A DNA stretch of 64,000 nucleotides from Setoptus koraiensis (Eukaryota > Animalia > Arthropoda), in assembly GCA_048013815.1 (NCBI GenBank), contig CM106585.1, positions 10,044,001 through 10,108,000 of the forward strand. Reading direction: 5' to 3'. The translations under genes were made by a program, and so were the position numbers. A model generated the notes under the pieces. That model saw only the letters and a list, made by a program, of their open reading frames with translations. It was not told the DNA's origin and did not search any database. Position 1 is the first letter of the stretch, and each line of letters starts with the position of its first letter. Positions 60,075-64,000 of this stretch are shown one piece after another.

Positions 60075-62638
60075 CTACCAGACGGAACACTTCTTTCGGG
60101 GGTTCATGGGCGAGCCTACGGGACACTTGAACGTCTCAGAGAACTCGTTCAAATTAGACAGCGGACCTATGATTCGGAATTTGGCCGGACTGTGCACGCC
60201 CGAGTTGACGCGCAATTTCAGCACCTCGGGCCGGAACTTGCCGCACCAGATATTGGCCGCGCTCACCCAAAACAGTTGCCGGGGCGACATGTTAATGCCG
60301 GGCAGCCGGCCCTCCGGCCCGTGATCTTTGACCCACTGATTGTACGCCCTGAAGGCCTCCTTCACGCCCCCGTTGTCGGCAATGTTCTCGCCCTGCGTGT
60401 TGAGTCCGTTCACTTTAAGCCCGTTCTCGGGCACCGTATAATTTGAATATTGCTCAATGATGCACTGGGCCCGTTCCTTGAAGCGTTCGTCCGTTTTGGG
60501 TTTCCACCAGTTCCGGTTGTTGCCCTCCATGTCGAATTGGCGACCCCTGTCGTCGAAGCCGTGCGTTATCTCGTGGCCAATAATGAAGCCAATGGCGCCA
60601 TAATTCAAATAGTTGGGCCGTTCCGCGTTAAAGAAGGCGCCCTGCAGTATGCCCGCCGGAAACTCAATGCTGTTCTCGAGCGAGTTATAAAAGGCGTTCA
60701 CAATGGCCGTACGGGCGTGCTTTTTCCAGTCGCCCCGTTCGTTGGGTTTGCGCAACAGCGCAAAGGCGTAATCCGTGGACCAGATGCGCAACGAGCGGAT
60801 ATTCTCGAAATAGTTGTCGTCGCGCAATTGCAAATTTGCATACAGATCCTCAATAAGCGCATCGTTCAATATCTCGTCCGGGTACCCGATGTAGGGCGTG
60901 ATGGCGAGCGCCTTGCGCTTGGCCTCGCGGCGCGTGTCCTCGTCCATCCAGTCTACCTCGGACAAGATCTTGAGGAACTCCTTGCGGATGTAACCGACCA
61001 TCTCGAGTGCGGCCGCCTTGGACTCGGTGCGGAAATGGTTTTTCACGTACATGGCGGACAGCGCGGTGCCCAGCGTGCCCGACAGCGTGCCCAGGCACTG
61101 TTCCCAGCGCGGTTCTTCGCGCTGCCGGCCCGTAGTGACGCTCGAGTAGCTGCGTGCCAGCTCGCGCCATCTCTTGCCCAGCAGCGACATGGACTGGCGC
61201 ACCACGCGCCATATCATGTAATTGGCCAGCAGGCGGGCCTCGGTCCGTTGCAACAGCTCGTCCAGTTGCCGCAAAAACTGGGGCACCTTCACGATGACGT
61301 CCTCGTCGGGATAAATGTGCTCCTTGAGCAGGTTGTCGAGGAACCGGTCCCAGCCGATGTGCGGCGCCAGCGTGTACAGGTCGGACACCTTCATCTTGTT
61401 GTACAGCCGGGTGACGTTCCGGCGCTGCTCGCGGGGCATGGACATCTGCGTTTTTCGGCGGAAACGGGACGGTCGGTGCGGCGCAAACGGGACAGTCGGT
61501 GCGGCGCAAACGGGTTAGTCAGTGTTATGTTATAAGGGCGAGGGTTATGGTTGGTTATCGCACCGGAAGTGAGCGACCTACCTTGGCGAGCTGCGTCTCA
61601 AAGTTGAGCACGTCCATGAGCTGCGTCTTGGCCTGTTGCCGGTCCGCGCCCAGCATGACGGCGCTGTCCACCATGAGCTCGTAATAGGCGCGCACCGTCG
61701 AGTCGTTGAGCCCCTTCAGGAAGTAGGTGCGGTCGGGCAGCCCGAGCGACGTTTGGTCCAGATCGATGACAAAGCGCGTGTTGTTGCGCACGTCCGGCAC
61801 CACGGACAAATCAATGATGATGTCGTGACTGAAGCCGCGCTGCCGGAACTTGCTAATGGTATCTATCCAGTCGAAGCCGTTGTCATGGTTGTCGTGCCAG
61901 CCGCTAGAGGCGCCCACCACGGGCCAGCCGCCAAATTGGCGCAACACCTGAAGGAGGGGCTCGTCGCCGGCCGACTCTATTTGGGTGAGATTGGTGCAAC
62001 TCTTGTAGATGTTTCGCATTTGTTGCACGATAGGGGGATCCTGTTCAATTCGTTTGCGTTCCACTAAGAAGCGCAACTTGACATTTAGGTCGTCCTGATT
62101 TTGCGAGAACACCGACAGGGCGGTCTTGTCGTCGGGTATCAGCTGTTGCTCTATCCAACCGCCGCAGGCGAACTGATAAAAGTCGTCGCAGGGATTTGTG
62201 TTGAGATCTAAATTGTTCAATATTTGCGCTGCCGATTTTACACAAGCGGGCGTCAAACATACGTCCTCGTGCTGATTTGAGGCCACCAGCCAGGGCGACA
62301 GCTCGTTGTTGCCGGCGTCGCTAGCGCCACCTCTGCTAGAATCGTGGCGCCCGTACGAGGCCTCCAAGAAGTCACTAGATTCCGAGTTCATGTCCTGAGA
62401 TACGCCGGCCAATGCCGATCTAGTGCCGTTGTTGTTGCTTAGCCAGGCCTGGTGGTGACCCCTGGCGGTCAGGTAACCGTGCCGGTTGTTGTGTCGTTGA
62501 CTAGCCGACGCTGGACCATGCTGCGACGCAGAACAGGTGATCAGAACAATGACGGATATGAGAGCTATGCAAATGAATATTGTCATGGCCACTATGGCGC
62601 ACAGTGACTTTTCCATGTGCGTCATCTTTGCCCACAAG
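60075..62638 (-). CDS. Neprilysin-like M13 zinc metallopeptidase (type II membrane); complement(join(60075..61445,61582..62638))
   Basis: TM helix SLCAIVAMTIFICIALISVIVLITC; CLTPACV...PCDDFYQFACGGW, NAFY, HEITHGFD, GENIADNGG, HSP and KKCSVW end. 136-nt GT-AG intron 61446-61581 (AAG|GTAGGT ... GCAG|ATG, phase 0). First ATG within the exon is at 62625. Nep2-like by recollection, not verified. Confidence 0.95.
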
Positions 62639-62683
62639 CTAGGCTTCTGTTTGCTGTCGCTGGCACTGCGTCGTGATCAATTA

Positions 62684-62808
62684 TTGCGTGATTCGTTGCG
62701 TGATTTATGGCGTGATTTGTTGCGCGGTTTGTTGCGCGGTTTGTTGCGCGGTTTGTTGCGCGGTTTGTTGCGCGGTTTGTTGCGTGATTGGTTGCGTGAT
62801 TGGTTGCG
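62684..62808. repeat. 12-mer tandem repeat TTGTTGCGCGGT with degenerate TTGCGTGAT-containing flanking copies
   Basis: Direct reading. Confidence 0.88.
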
Positions 62809-63119
62809 CAACGGTTCAGGTTGAGGTGATGTTCATGGGTGATGGTAGACAAACAATGGGTAACAATGGGATGGGACAGACATGTTAGTAATCGATTAGT
62901 CACCTGTGCTCAGATTCAAGTTACTTTTTACACAAGATTGTTTGGCGCCCATCAATGCCTTTTATAAACAGCTTAAACAGCAAATGGCGCCCGATGCGGC
63001 CGCGCGATCGAGCGATTAATTAATTAATTGATGGCTCAATTAATTAATTAATCACTTAACTAATTAATCAATTAATTGATTAATTAATTTGACTTTATCA
63101 AGTTAAAATTGTGCCCAAC

Positions 63120-64000
63120 CTAGTGTTTGTGTGGTGCCGTTGTTGTTGCTGTTGTTGTTGTTGTTGAGTATGCTGATGATGATGATGATGCAATAGTGAT
63201 GCCGGCCTGTCTGGGTCAGTGTCGTGCAACAAACAAAAGGGCCGCTTGCTAGTGATCTGATTAGTGTATGCTGTGCTGTTGGCTTGCAGTTGACAATTGT
63301 TGTTGTTCACCTGTGCTGATTGGTGCTGGCAACAATGCTGGCGACTATTGCCTATGTTGTGACTATTTAACACATTACGTAATATGAGTTGTGCACTGTT
63401 GTCGCAACACGACAATTTGTCTGGCCCGGTGAGCAGCGCCGACCCTGTGCCGCCGGCCCCACGACCGCCACTGCCAATGACACTCGATTGGGCGCTCGGT
63501 GAGCCGGCGCCGATTGAACAGACACAATGGCAACTACACTTGTCACTGTTGTTGTCGTTGTTGTCGTTGTTGTCGTTGCTGTCGCTGTTGTCGTTGTTGT
63601 CGTTGTTGTCGTTGTTGTCGTTGTTGTTGTTGTCGTTGTTGTCGTTGTTGCTGTAGTTGTTGGTGCCGCCGGACAGGTCGCAGTTAATTAATAGTTGCTC
63701 ATTAGACGAGTTCGCTTCGGTTTGTTGCTTCAATGTGAGCGCCGCATTTATCGCGCTGTCATAATGATCGACGCAATCATTAGCGCCACCGTTTGCCCGC
63801 ACCGGCACCAATAACAATCTGGGCTGTTTTATCAAGCTTGAGCTCGCAATTATTGAATGAGCAAATTCATCTTGGTCGCACTGCCGCTCGCCGGCCACTT
63901 TCATTGGACACTTGAATGAGCTCAAATTTGTTGTTGCTGTTGCTGTTGCCGTTCTTTTAATGGCAGCTTGTTGCATCATGTTTGCATGCACTTTCATCAT
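63120..64000 (-). CDS. Candidate upstream exon of the neprilysin (N/D/Q/H-rich cytoplasmic region); open to the window edge
   Basis: 300-aa ORF 63098..64000. Donor ACTAG|GTTGGG (63120/63119) is phase 2 and matches phase-2 acceptor CCTAG|C (62639/62638), giving ...TNT-S-LWAKMTH. The donor is weak. Confidence 0.45.

Noticed and set aside
60450-61535. 361-aa ORF antisense to neprilysin exon 2 (and 60850..61509 in another frame)
   Set aside because: Shadow ORFs from GC3-rich codon usage of the real gene; no motifs.

Overview
Eukaryotic DNA from an arthropod. My inference is an acariform mite, possibly eriophyoid, based on the intron-poor genes, extreme Q/N/H low complexity and a divergent but structurally intact 5S rRNA. 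(1) ~1-36.5 kb: low-complexity non-coding DNA full of microsatellites and short tandem 'stutter' duplications. It is probably the long intron/regulatory domain of a hamlet/PRDM16/MECOM-type zinc-finger gene. It holds one phase-compatible candidate exon (2828-3074) and a strong excess of ACAGGT(A/G) words on both strands. (2) 36.5-44.3 kb: main coding exons of hamlet (5 + 3 C2H2 fingers, CtBP motifs). (3) ~45.4-55 kb: a compositionally distinct, AT-richer, stutter-free island and the most unusual part of the window. It carries five identical 5S rRNA genes in mixed orientation. They bracket three paralogues of an unrecognised secreted six-cysteine protein family (two intact and head-to-head, one truncated/mosaic) and a 5-exon GH18-CBM14 chitinase with an altered catalytic motif (DxNxE). 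The 5S spacer fragments show that a 3.75-kb chitinase+5S segment is inverted relative to the intact 5S tandem unit, with TTA/TAA at the breakpoints. (4) 55-64 kb: a secreted Q/P-rich protein and an M13 neprilysin (both minus strand), the latter possibly with a long low-complexity cytoplasmic exon. All counts and alignments were done by eye; no database searches were run.
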